Origin: Nemertoderma westbladi
Lineage: Eukaryota; Animalia; Xenacoelomorpha
Direction: 5' to 3'
DNA: 64,000 bases
NCBI GenBank assembly: GCA_032718475.1
Contig: JAUCBJ010004144.1
Coordinates: 124,001-188,000 of the forward strand
How positions within the stretch are numbered: the stretch's first letter is position 1; each line of letters opens with the position of its first letter. Under the pieces are notes generated by a model, which worked only from the letters and a program-made list of their open reading frames with translations, did no database searches and was not told the DNA's origin. This document shows, piece after piece, positions 12,284 through 27,200 of this stretch. Made by a program: the position numbers and the translations under genes.

Positions 12284-15200
12284 TTAACTTCAGCTCCAGT
12301 CTCTTTGGCAATACGATGAAACTATAATAAATATTCTAGAACACAATAATATTAACAGGGAGATAGGCTACTTATCTCTTCACTGTGTTACATGTGTTAC
12401 CTGTTCTTTTGTCTTTCATTTAGGATTATCTATCTCATGGAGTGGGTTAGAAGTTATAAATATGAAAATCGACGTGGTTTTTGAAAAAAATCAGAGGATA
12501 TTTTGATAAATTATTGCTGAAAAACCCCTAGGATTTTGACATGGCTTTAATACTCATTATATTCATGAAATAGCTGAAAAATTTGAGGTGAATTATTGTA
12601 TCACATATTAACTTCGGCTCCAGCCGCTTTGGCAACACGATGAAACTATAATTAATATTATAGAACACAACAATATTAACAGGGAGATATGCTACTTATC
12701 TCTTCACTCTGAGAGCCTCAAAAAGGGGGTGTTCTGACACAATCAAAATGCATCCATCTCCAGGGGAAAGACGAAGCAAAGAACAGCTGATTACTTCTAT
12801 AAATGTAAGTGTTACCTGCTCTTTTGACTTCCATTTAAGATTGTCTATCTCTTGGAGTGGCTTAGAAGTCATGAATATGAAAATCGATGTCGTTTTTTGT
12901 AAAAAATCAGAGGAGATTTTAATAAATTAATGCTGAAAAACACCAAGGACTTTGACATGGCTTTAATACTCATTATATTCATGAAATAGCTGAGAAATTT
13001 GAGGTGAATTATTGTATCACATATTAAGTTCGGCTCCAGCCGCTTTGGAAATACGATGAAACTATAATACATATTCTAGAACACAACAATATTAACAGGG
13101 AGATAGGCTACTTATATCTTCACTCTGAGAGCCTCAAAAAGGGGGTGTTCCGACGCAATCAAAATTCATCCATCTCCAGGGGAAAGACGAAGCAAAGAAC
13201 AGCTGATTACTTCTATAAATGTAAGTGTTACCTGCTCTTTTGACTTTCATTTAAGATTGTCTATCTCTTGGAGTGGGTTAGAAGTCATGAATATGAAAAT
13301 CGATGTCGTTTTTTGTAAAAAATCAGAGGAGATTTTAATAAATTAATGCTGAAAAACACCAAGGATTTTGACATGGCTTTAATACTCATTATATTCATGA
13401 AATAGCTGAGAAATTTGAGGTGATTTATTGTATCACATATTAACTTCGGCTCCAGCCGCTATGGCAATACGATGAAACTATAATAAATATTCTAGAACAC
13501 AACAATATTAACAGGGAGATAGGCTACTTATCTCTTCACTCTGAGAGCCTCAAAAAGGGAGTGTTCTGACACAATCAAAATTCATCCATCTCCAGGGGAA
13601 AGACGAAGCAAAAAACAGCTGATTACTTCTATAAATGTAAGTATTACCTGCTCTTTTGACTTTCATTTAAGATTGTCTATCTCTTGGAGTGGGTTAGAAG
13701 TCATGAATATAAAAATCGATGTCGTTTTTTGTAAAAAATCAGAGGAGATTTTAATACATTAATGCTGAAAAATACCAATGATTTTGACATGGCTTTAATA
13801 CTCATTATATTCATGAAATAGCTGAGAAATTTGAGGTGAATTATTGTATCACAAATTAACTTCGGCTCCAGCCGCTTTGGCAATACGATGAAACTATAAT
13901 AAATATTCTAGAACACAACAATATTAACAGGGAGATAGGCTACTTATATCTTCACTCTGAGAGCCTCAAAAAGGGGGTGTTCCGAAGCAATCAAAATTCA
14001 TCCATCTCCAGGGGAAAGACGAAGCAAAGAACAGCTGATTACTTCTATAAATGTAAGTGTTACCTGCTCTTTTGACTTTCATTTAATATTGTCTATCTCT
14101 TGGAGTGGATTAGAAGTCATGTATATGAAAATCGATGTCGTTTTTTGTAAAAAATCAGAGGAGATTTTAATAAATTATTGCTGAAAAACACCAAGGATTC
14201 AATACTCATTATATTCATGAACTATTTGAGATATTTAATACGATGAAACTATAATAAATATTCTAGAACACAACAATATTAACAGGGAGATAGGCTACTT
14301 ATATCTTCACTCTGAGAGCCACAGATAGGGGGTGTTCCGACGCAATCAAAATTAATCCATCTCCTGGAGAAAGACGAAGCAAATAACAGCTGATTACTTC
14401 TATAAATGTTGGTGTTACCTGTTCTTATGACTTTCGTTTAAGATTCTCTATCTCGTGGAGTTGGTTAGAAGATATAAATATGAAAATCGATGTCGTTTTT
14501 TGTAAAAAATCAGAGGAGATTTTAATAAATTAATGCTGAAAAACACCAAGGATTTTGACATGGCTTAAAAATACTCATTATATTCATGAAATAGCAGAGA
14601 AATTTGAGGTGAATTATTGTATCACATATTAACTTCGGCTCCAGCCGCTTTGGCAATACGATGAAACTATAATAAATATTCTATAACACAACAATATTAA
14701 CAGGGAGATAGGCTACTTATATCTTCACTCTGAGAGCCTCAAAAAGGGGGTGTTCCGACGCAATCAAATTCATCCATCTCCAGGGGAAAGACGAAGCAAA
14801 GAACAGCTGATTACTTCTATAAATGTAAGTGTTACCTGCTCTTTTGACTTTCATTTAAGATTGTCTATCTCTTGGAGTGGGTTAGAAGACATGAATATGA
14901 AAATCGATGCCGTTTTTTGAAAAAAATCAGAGGAGATTTTAATAAATTATTGCTGAAAAACACCAAGGATTTTGACATGGCTTTAATACTCATTATATTC
15001 ATGAAATAGCTGAGAAATTTGAGGTGAATTATTGTATCACATATTAACTTCGGCTCCAGCCGCTTTGGCAATACGATGAAACTATATTAAATATTCTAGA
15101 ACACAACAATATTAACAGGGAGATAGGCTACTTATATATTCACTCTGAGAGCCTCAAAAAGGGGGTGTTTCGACGCAATCAAATTCATCCATCTCCAGGG

Positions 15201-18200
15201 GAAAGACGAAGCAAAGAACAGCTGATTACTTCTATAAATGTAAGTGTTACCTGCTCTTTTGACTTTCATTTAAGATTGTCTATCTCTTGGAGTGGGTTAG
15301 AAGTCATGAATATGAAAATCGATGTCGTTTTTTGAAAAAAGTCAGAGGAGATTTTAACAAATTATTGCTGAAAAACACCAAGGATTTTGACATGGCTTTA
15401 ATACTCATTATATTCATGAAATAGCTGAGAAATTTGAGGTGAATTATTGTATTACATAATAACTTTGGCTCCAGCCGCTTTGGCAATACGATGAAACTAT
15501 AATAAATATTCTAGAACACAACAATATTAACAGGAAGATAGGCTACTTATCTCTCCACTCTGAGAGCCTCAGAAAGGGGGTGTCCCGACGCAATCAAAAT
15601 TCATCCATCTCCTGGGGAAAGACGAAGCAAATTACAGCTGATTACTTCTATAAATGTAAGTGTTACCTGTTCTAATGACTTTCGTTTAAGATTGTCTATC
15701 TCTTGGAGTGGATTAGAAGTCATGAATATGAAAATCGATGTCGTTTTTTGTAAAAAATCAGAGGAGATTTTAATAAATTATTGCTGAAAAACACCAAGGA
15801 TTTTGACATGGCTTTAATACTTCATTTTGTTTATGAAATAGCTGAGATACTTGAGGTGAATTGTTGTATCACATATTAACTTCGGCTCCAGCCGCTTTGG
15901 CAACACGATGAAACTATAATAAATATTCTAGAACACAACAATATTAACAGGGAGATAGGCTACTTATCTCTTCACTCTGAGAGCCTCAAAAAGGGGGTGT
16001 TCCGACGCAATCAAAATTCATCCATCTCCAGGGGAAAGACGAAGCAAAGAACAGCTGATTACTTCTATAAATGTAAGTGTTACCTGCTCTTTTGACTTTC
16101 ATTTAAGATTGTCTATCTCTTGGAGTGGGTTAGAAGTCATAAATATGAAAATCGATGTCGTTTTTTGAAAAAAATCAGAGGAGATTTTAATAAATTATTG
16201 CTGAAAAACACCAAGGATTTTGACATGGCTTTAATACTCATTATATTCATGAAATAGCTGAGAAATTTGAGGTGAATTATTGTATCACATATTAAGTTCG
16301 GCTCCAGCCGCTTTGGCAATACGATGAAACTATAATACATATTCTATAACAAAACAATATTAACAGGGAGATAGGCTACTTATATCTTCACTCTGAGAGC
16401 CTAAAAAAGGGGGTGTTCCGACGCAATCAAAATTCATCCAACTCCAGTGGAAAGACGAAGCAAAGAACAGCTGATTACTTCTATAAATGTAAGTGTTACC
16501 TGCTCTTTTGACTTTCATTTAAGATTGTCTATCTCTTGGAGTGGATTAGAAGTCATGAATATGAAAATCGATGTCGTTTTTTGTAAAAAATCAGAGGAGA
16601 TTTTAATAAATTATTGCTGAAAAACACCAAGGATTTTATACTCATTATATTCATGAACTATTTGAGATATTTAATACGATGAAACTATAATAAATATTCT
16701 AGAACATAACAATATTAACAGGGAGATAGGCTACTTATATCTTCACTCTGAGAGCCACAGATAGGGGGTGTTCCGACGCAATCAAAATTAATCCATCTCC
16801 TGGAGAAAGACGAAGCAAATAACAGCTGATTACTTCTATAAATGTAAGTGTTACCTGTTCTTATGACTTTCGTTTAAGATTCTCTATCTCGTGGAGTGGG
16901 TTAGAAGTTATAAATATGAAAATCGATGTCGTTTTTTGTAAAAAATCAGAGGAGATTTTAATAAATTAATGCTGAAAAACACCAAGGATTTTGACATGGC
17001 TTTAATACTCATTATATTCATGAAATAGCTGAGAAATTTGAGGTGAATTATTGTATCACATATTAACTTCGGCTCCAGCCGCTTTGGCAATACGATGAAA
17101 CTATATTAAATATTCTAGAACACAACAATATTAACAGGGAGATAGGCTACTTATATCTTCACTCTGAGAGCCTCAAAAAGGGGGTGTTCCGACGCAATCA
17201 AATTCATCCATCTCCAGGGGAAAGACGAAGCAAAGAACAGCTTATTACTTCTATAAATGTAAGTGTTACCTGCTCTTTTGACTTTCATTTAAGATTCTCT
17301 ATCTCATGGAGTGGGTTAGAAGTTATAAATATGAAAATCGAGGTGGTTTTTGAAAAAAATCAGAGGATATTTTGATAAATTATTGCTGAAAAACCCCTAG
17401 GATTTTGACATGGCTTTAATACTCATTATATTCATAAAATAGCTGAAAAATTTGAGGTGAATTATTGTATCACATATTAACTTCGGCTCCAGCCGCTTTG
17501 GCAACACGATGAAACTATAATTAATATTATAGAACACAACAATATTAACAGGGAGATATGCTACTTATCTCTTCATTCTGAGAGCCTCAAAAAGGGGGTG
17601 TTCTGACACAATCAAAATGCATCCATCTCCAGGGGAAAGACGAAGCAAAGAACAGCTGATTACTTCTATAAATGTAAGTGTTACCTGCTCTTTTGACTTT
17701 CATTTAATATTGTCTATCTCTTGGAGTGGGTTAGAAGTCATGAATATGAAAATCGATGTCGTTTTTTGTAAAAAATCAGAGGAGATTTTAATAAATTAAT
17801 GCTGAAAAACACCAAGGATTTTGACATGGCTTTAATACTCATTATATTCATGAAATAGCTGAGAAATTTGAGGTGAATTATTGTATCACATATTAACTTC
17901 AGCTCCAGCCGCTTTGGCAATACGATGAAACTATAATAAATATTCTAGAACACAACAAAATTAACAGGGAGATAGGCTACTTATCTCTTCACTCTGAGAG
18001 CCTCAAGAAGGGGGTGTTCTGACACAATCAAAATTCATCCATCTCCAGGGGAAAGACGAAGCAAAGAACAGCTGATTACTTCTATAAATGTAAGTGTTAC
18101 CTGCTCTTTTGACTTTCATTTAAGATTGTCTATCTCTTGGAGTGGGTTAGAAGACATGAATATGAAAATCGATGCCGTTTTTTGAAAAAAATCAGAGGAG

Positions 18201-21200
18201 ATTTTAATAAATTATTGCTGAAAAACACCAAGGATTTTGACATGGCTTTAATACTCATTATATTCATGAAATAGCTGAGAAATTTGAGGTGAATTATTGT
18301 ATCACATATTAACTTCGGCTCCAGCCGCTTTGGCAATACGATGAAACTATATTAAATATTCTAGAACACAACAATATTAACAGGGAGATAGGCTACTTAT
18401 ATATTCACTCTGAGAGCCTCAAAAAGGGGGTGTTTCGACGCAATCAAATTCATCCATCTCCAGGGGAAAGACGAAGCAAAGAACAGCTGATTACTTCTAT
18501 AAATGTAAGTGTTACCTGCTCTTTTGACTTTCATTTAAGATTGTCTATCTCTTGGAGTGGGTTAGAAGTCATGAATATGAAAATCGATGTCGTTTTTTGA
18601 AAAAAATCAGAGGAGATTTTAATAAATTATTGCTGAAAAACACCAAGGATTTTGACATGGCTTTAATACTCATTATATTCATGAAATAGCTGAGAAATTT
18701 GAGGTGAATTATTGTATTACATAATAACTTTGGCTCCAGCCGCTTTGGCAATACGATGAAACTATAATAAATATTCTAGAACACAACAATATTAACAGGA
18801 AGATAGGCTACTTATCTCTCCACTCTGAGAGCCTCAGAAAGGGTGTGTCCCGACGCAATCAAAATTCATCCATCTCCTGGGGAAAGACGAAGCAAATTAC
18901 AGCTGATTACTTCTATAAATGTAAGTGTTACCTGTTCTAATGACTTTCGTTTAAGATTGTCTATCTCTTGGAGTGGATTAGAAGTCATGAATATGAAAAT
19001 CGATGTCGTTTTTTGTAAAAAATCAGAGGAGATTTTAATAAATTATTGCTGAAAAACACCAAGGATTTTGACATGGCTTTAATACTTCATTATGTTCATG
19101 AAATAGCTGAGATACTTGAGGTGAATTGTTGTATCACATATTAACTTCGGCTCCAGCCGCTTTGGCAACACGATGAAACTATAATTAATATTATAGAACA
19201 CAACAATATTAACAGGGAGATATGCTACTTATCTCTTCACTCTGAGAGCCTCAAAAAGGGGGTGTTCTGACACAATCAAAATGCAACCATCTCCAGGGGA
19301 AAGACGAAGCAAAGAACAGCTGATTACTTCTATAAATGTAAGTGTTACCTGCTCTTTTGACTTCCATTTAAGATTGTCTATCTCTTGGAGTGGCTTAGAA
19401 GTCATGAATATGAAAATCGATGTCGTTTTTTGTAAAAAATCAGAGGAGATTTTAATAAATTAATGCTGAAAAACACCAAGGACTTTGACATGGCTTTAAT
19501 ACTCATTATATTCATGAAATAGCTGAGAAATTTGAGGTGAATTATTGTATCACATATTAACTTCGGCTCCAGCCGCTTTGGCAATACGATGAAACTATAA
19601 TAAATATTCTAGAACACAACAATATTAACAGGGAGATAGGCTACTTATCTCTTCACTCTGAGAGCCTCAAAAAGGGGGTGTTCCGACGCAATCAAAATTC
19701 ATCCATCTCCAGGGGAAAGACGAAGCAAAGAAGAGCTGATTACTTCTATAAATGTAAGTGTTACCTGCTCTTTTGACTTTCATTTAAGATTGTCTATCTC
19801 TTGGAGTGGGTTAGAAGTCATAAATATGAAAATCGATGTCGTTTTTTGAAAAAAATCAGAGGAGATTTTAATAAATTATTGCTGAAAAACACCAAGGATT
19901 TTGACATGGCTTTAATACTCATTATATTCATGAAATAGCTGAGAAATTTGAGGTGAATTATTGTATCACATATTAAGTTCGGCTCCAGCCGCTTTGGCAA
20001 TACGATGAAACTATAATACATATTCTAGAACACAACAATATTAACAGGGAGATAGGCTACTTATATCTTCACTCTGAGAGCCTCAAAAAGGGGGTGTTCC
20101 GACGCAATCAAATTCATCCATCTCCAGGGGAAAGACGAAGCAAAGAACAGCTGATTACTTCTATAAATGTAAGTGTTACCTGCTCTTTTGACTTTCATTT
20201 AATATTGTCTATCTCTTGGAGTGGGTTAGAAGTCATGAATATGAAAATCGATGTCGTTTTTTGTAAAAAATCAGAGGAGATTTTAATAAATTATTGCTGA
20301 AAAACACCAAGGATTTTATACTCATTATATTCATGAACTATTTGAGATATTTAATACGATGAAACTATAATAAATATTCTAGAACATAACAATATTAACA
20401 GGGAGATAGGCTACTTATATCTTCACTCTGAGAGCCACAGATAGGGGGTGTTCCGACGCAATCAAAATTAATCCATCTCCTGGAGAAAGACGAAGCAAAT
20501 AACAGCTGATTACTTCTATAAATGTAAGTGTTACCTGTTCTTATGACTTTCGTTTAAGATTCTCTATCTCGTGGAGTGGGTTAGAAGTTATAAATATGAA
20601 AATCGATGTCGTTTTTTGTAAAAAATCAGAGGAGATTTTAATAAATTAATGCTGAAAAACACCAAGGATTTTGACATGGCTTTAATACTCATTATATTCA
20701 TGAAATAGCTGAGAAATTTGAGGTGAATTATTGTATCACATATTAACTTCGGCTCCAGCCGCTTTGGCAATACGATGAAACTATATTAAATATTCTAGAA
20801 CACAACAATATTAACAGGGAGATAGGCTACTTATATCTTCACTCTGAGAGCCTCAAAAAGGGGGTGTTCCGACGCAATCAAATTCATCCATCTCCAGGGG
20901 AAAGACGAAGCAAAGAACAGCTTATTACTTCTATAAATGTAAGTGTTACCTGCTCTTTTGACTTTCATTTAAGATTCTCTATCTCATGGAGTGGGTTAGA
21001 AGTTATAAATATGAAAATCGAGGTGGTTTTTGAAAAAAATCAGAGGATATTTTGATAAATTATTGCTGAAAAACCCCTAGGATTTTGACATGGCTTTAAT
21101 ACTCATTATATTCATAAAATAGCTGAAAAATTTGAGGTGAATTATTGTATCACATATTAACTTCGGCTCCAGCCGCTTTGGCAACACGATGAAACTATAA

Positions 21201-24200
21201 TTAATATTATAGAACACAACAATATTAACAGGGAGATATGCTACTTATCTCTTCATTCTGAGAGCCTCAAAAAGGGGGTGTTCTGACACAATCAAAATGC
21301 ATCCATCTCCAGGGGAAAGACGAAGCAAAGAACAGCTGATTACTTCTATAAATGTAAGTGTTACCTGCTCTTTTGACTTTCATTTAATATTGTCTATCTC
21401 TTGGAGTGGGTTAGAAGTCATGAATATGAAAATCGATGTCGTTTTTTGTAAAAAATCAGAGGAGATTTTAATAAATTAATGCTGAAAAACACCAAGGATT
21501 TTGACATGGCTTTAATACTCATTATATTCATGAAATAGCTGAGAAATTTGAGGTGAATTATTGTATCACATATTAACTTCAGCTCCAGCCGCTTTGGCAA
21601 TACGATGAAACTATAATAAATATTCTAGAACACAACAAAATTAACAGGGAGATAGGCTACTTATCTCTTCACTCTGAGAGCCTCAAGAAGGGGGTGTTCT
21701 GACACAATCAAAATTCATCCATCTCCAGGGGAAAGACGAAGCAAAGAACAGCTGATTACTTCTATAAATGTAAGTGTTACCTGCTCTTTTGACTTTCATT
21801 TAAGATTGTCTATCTCTTGGAGTGGGTTAGAAGACATGAATATGAAAATCGATGCCGTTTTTTGAAAAAAATCAGAGGAGATTTTAATAAATTATTGCTG
21901 AAAAACACCAAGGATTTTGACATGGCTTTAATACTCATTATATTCATGAAATAGCTGAGAAATTTGAGGTGAATTATTGTATCACATATTAACTTCGGCT
22001 CCAGCCGCTTTGGCAATACGATGAAACTATATTAAATATTCTAGAACACAACAATATTAACAGGGAGATAGGCTACTTATATATTCACTCTGAGAGCCTC
22101 AAAAAGGGGGTGTTTCGACGCAATCAAATTCATCCATCTCCAGGGGAAAGACGAAGCAAAGAACAGCTGATTACTTCTATAAATGTAAGTGTTACCTGCT
22201 CTTTTGACTTTCATTTAAGATTGTCTATCTCTTGGAGTGGGTTAGAAGTCATGAATATGAAAATCGATGTCGTTTTTTGAAAAAAATCAGAGGAGATTTT
22301 AATAAATTATTGCTGAAAAACACCAAGGATTTTGACATGGCTTTAATACTCATTATATTCATGAAATAGCTGAGAAATTTGAGGTGAATTATTGTATTAC
22401 ATAATAACTTTGGCTCCAGCCGCTTTGGCAATACGATGAAACTATAATAAATATTCTAGAACACAACAATATTAACAGGAAGATAGGCTACTTATCTCTC
22501 CACTCTGAGAGCCTCAGAAAGGGTGTGTCCCGACGCAATCAAAATTCATCCATCTCCTGGGGAAAGACGAAGCAAATTACAGCTGATTACTTCTATAAAT
22601 GTAAGTGTTACCTGTTCTAATGACTTTCGTTTAAGATTGTCTATCTCTTGGAGTGGATTAGAAGTCATGAATATGAAAATCGATGTCGTTTTTTGTAAAA
22701 AATCAGAGGAGATTTTAATAAATTATTGCTGAAAAACACCAAGGATTTTGACATGGCTTTAATACTTCATTATGTTCATGAAATAGCTGAGATACTTGAG
22801 GTGAATTGTTGTATCACATATTAACTTCGGCTCCAGCCGCTTTGGCAACACGATGAAACTATAATTAATATTATAGAACACAACAATATTAACAGGGAGA
22901 TATGCTACTTATCTCTTCACTCTGAGAGCCTCAAAAAGGGGGTGTTCTGACACAATCAAAATGCAACCATCTCCAGGGGAAAGACGAAGCAAAGAACAGC
23001 TGATTACTTCTATAAATGTAAGTGTTACCTGCTCTTTTGACTTCCATTTAAGATTGTCTATCTCTTGGAGTGGCTTAGAAGTCATGAATATGAAAATCGA
23101 TGTCGTTTTTTGTAAAAAATCAGAGGAGATTTTAATAAATTAATGCTGAAAAACACCAAGGACTTTGACATGGCTTTAATACTCATTATATTCATGAAAT
23201 AGCTGAGAAATTTGAGGTGAATTATTGTATCACATATTAACTTCGGCTCCAGCCGCTTTGGCAATACGATGAAACTATAATAAATGTTCTAGAACACAAC
23301 AATATTAACAGGGAGATAGGCTACTTATCTCTTCACTCTGAGAGCCTCAAAAAGGGGGTGTTCCGACGCAATCAAAATTCATCCATCTCCAGGGGAAAGA
23401 CGAAGCAAAGAAGAGCTGATTACTTCTATAAATGTAAGTGTTACCTGCTCTTTTGACTTTCATTTAAGATTGTCTATCTCTTGGAGTGGGTTAGAAGTCA
23501 TAAATATGAAAATCGATGTCGTTTTTTGAAAAAAATCAGAGGAGATTTTAATAAATTATTGCTGAAAAACACCAAGGATTTTGACATGGCTTTAATACTC
23601 ATTATATTCATGAAATAGCTGAGAAATTTGAGGTGAATTATTGTATCACATATTAAGTTCGGCTCCAGCCGCTTTGGCAATACGATGAAACTATAATACA
23701 TATTCTAGAACACAACAATATTAACAGGGAGATAGGCTACTTATATCTTCACTCTGAGAGCCTCAAAAAGGGGGTGTTCCGACGCAATCAAATTCATCCA
23801 TCTCCAGGGGAAAGACGAAGCAAAGAACAGCTGATTACTTCTATAAATGTAAGTGTTACCTGCTCTTTTGACTTTCATTTAATATTGTCTATCTCTTGGA
23901 GTGGGTTAGAAGTCATGAATATGAAAATCGATGTCGTTTTTTGTAAAAAATCAGAGGAGATTTTAATAAATTATTGCTGAAAAACACCAAGGATTTTATA
24001 CTCATTATATTCATGAACTATTTGAGATATTTAATACGATGAAACTATAATAAATATTCTAGAACATAACAATATTAACAGGGAGATAGGCTACTTATAT
24101 CTTCACTCTGAGAGCCACAGATAGGGGGTGTTCCGACGCAATCAAAATTAATCCATCTCCTGGAGAAAGACGAAGCAAATAACAGCTGATTACTTCTATA

Positions 24201-27200
24201 AATGTAAGTGTTACCTGTTCTTATGACTTTCGTTTAAGATTCTCTATCTCGTGGAGTGGGTTAGAAGTTATAAATATGAAAATCGATGTCGTTTTTTGTA
24301 AAAAATCAGAGGAGATTTTAATAAATTAATGCTGAAAAACACCAAGGATTTTGACATGGCTTTAATACTCATTATATTCATGAAATAGCTGAAAAATTTG
24401 AGGTGAATTATTGTATCACATATTAACTTCGGCTCCAGCCGCTTTGGCAACACGATGAAACTATAATTAATATTATAGAACACAACAATATTAACAGGGA
24501 GATATGCTACTTATCTCTTCATTCTGAGAGCCTCAAAAAGGGGGTGTTCTGACACAATCAAAATGCATCCATCTCCAGGGGAAAGACGAAGCAAAGAACA
24601 GCTGATTACTTCTATAAATGTAAGTGTTACCTGCTCTTTTGACTTTCATTTAATATTGTCTATCTCTTGGAGTGGGTTAGAAGTCATGAATATGAAAATC
24701 GATGTCGTTTTTTGTAAAAAATCAGAGGAGATTTTAATAAATTAATGCTGAAAAACACCAAGGATTTTGACATGGCTTTAATACTCATTATATTCATGAA
24801 ATAGCTGAGAAATTTGAGGTGAATTATTGTATCACATATTAACTTCAGCTCCAGCCGCTTTGGCAATACGATGAAACTATAATAAATATTCTAGAACACA
24901 ACAAAATTAACAGGGAGATAGGCTACTTATCTCTTCACTCTGAGAGCCTCAAGAAGGGGGTGTTCTGACACAATCAAAATTCATCCATCTCCAGGGAAAA
25001 GACAAAGCAAAGAACAGCTGATTAATTCTATAAATTTAAGTGTTACCTGCTCTTTTGACTTTCATTTAAGATTGTCTATCTCTTGGAGTGGATTAGAAGT
25101 CATGAATATGAAAATCGATGTCGTTTTTTGTAAAAAATCAGAGGAGATTTTAATAAATTATTGCTGAAAAACACCAAGGATTTTATACTCATTATATTCA
25201 TGAACTATTTGAGATATTTAATACGATGAAACTATAATAAATATTCTAGAACATAACAATATTAACAGGGAGATAGGCTACTTATATCTTTACTCTGAGA
25301 GCCACAGATAGGGGGTGTTCCGACGCAATCAAAATTAATCCATCTCCTGGAGAAAGACGAAGCAAATAACAGCTGATTACTTCTATAAATGTAAGTGTTA
25401 CCTGTTCTTATGACTTTCGTTTAAGATTCTCTATCTCGTGGAGTGGGTTAGAAGTTATAAATATGAAAATCGATGTCGTTTTTTGTAAAAAATCAGAGGA
25501 GATTTTAATAAATTATTGCTGAAAAACACCAAGGATTTTGACATGGCTTTAATACTCATTATATTCATGAAATAGCTGAGAAATTTGAGGTGAATTATTG
25601 TATCACATATTAACTTCGGCTCCAGCCGCTTTGGCAATACGATGAAACTATATTAAATATTCTAGAACACAACAATATTAACAGGGAGATAGGCTACTTA
25701 TATATTCACTCTGAGAGCCTCAAAAAGGGGGTGTTTCGACGCAATCAAATTCATCCATCTCCAGGGGAAAGACGAAGCAAAGAACAGCTGATTACTTCTA
25801 TAAATGTAAGTGTTACCTGCTCTTTTGACTTTCATTTAAGATTGTCTATCTCTTGGAGTGGGTTAGAAGTCATGAATATGAAAATCGATGTCGTTTTTTG
25901 AAAAAAATCAGAGGAGATTTTAATAAATTATTGCTGAAAAACACCAAGGATTTTGACATGGCTTTAATACTCATTATATTCATGAAATAGCTGAGAAATT
26001 TGAGGTGAATTATTGTATTACATAATAACTTTGGCTCCAGCCGCTTTGGCAATACGATGAAACTATAATAAATATTCTAGAACACAACAATATTAACAGG
26101 AAGATAGGCTACTTATCTCTCCACTCTGAGAGCCTCAGAAAGGGGGTGTCCCGACGCAATCAAAATTCATCCATCTCCTGGGGAAAGACGAAGCAAATTA
26201 CAGCTGATTACTTCTATAAATGTAAGTGTTACCTGTTCTAATGACTTTCGTTTAAGATTGTCTATCTCTTGGAGTGGATTAGAAGTCATGAATATGAAAA
26301 TCGATGTCGTTTTTTGTAAAAAATCAGAGGAGATTTTAATAAATTATTGCTGAAAAACACCAAGGATTTTGACATGGCTTTAATACTTCATTATGTTCAT
26401 GAAATAGCTGAGATACTTGAGGTGAATTGTTGTATCACATATTAACTTCGGCTCCAGCCGCTTTGGCAACACGATGAAACTATAATTAATATTATAGAAC
26501 ACAACAATATTAACAGGGAGATATGCTACTTATCTCTTCACTCTGAGAGCCTCAAAAAGGGGGTGTTCTGACACAATCAAAATGCAACCATCTCCAGGGG
26601 AAAGACGAAGCAAAGAACAGCTGATTACTTCTATAAATGTAAGTGTTACCTGCTCTTTTGACTTCCATTTAAGATTGTCTATCTCTTGGAGTGGCTTAGA
26701 AGTCATGAATATGAAAATCGATGTCGTTTTTTGTAAAAAATCAGAGGAGATTTTAATAAATTAATGCTGAAAAACACCAAGGACTTTGACATGGCTTTAA
26801 TACTCATTATATTCATGAAATAGCTGAGAAATTTGAGGTGAATTATTGTATCACATATTAACTTCGGCTCCAGCCGCTTTGGCAATACGATGAAACTATA
26901 ATAAATATTCTAGAACACAACAATATTAACAGGGAGATAGGCTACTTATCTCTTCACTCTGAGAGCCTCAAAAAGGGGGTGTTCCGACGCAATCAAAATT
27001 CATCCATCTCCAGGGGAAAGACGAAGCAAAGAACAGCTGATTACTTCTATAAATGTAAGTGTTACCTGCTCTTTTGACTTTCATTTAAGATTGTCTATCT
27101 CTTGGAGTGGGTTAGAAGTCATAAATATGAAAATCGATGTCGTTTTTTGAAAAAAATCAGAGGAGATTTTAATAAATTATTGCTGAAAAACACCAAGGAT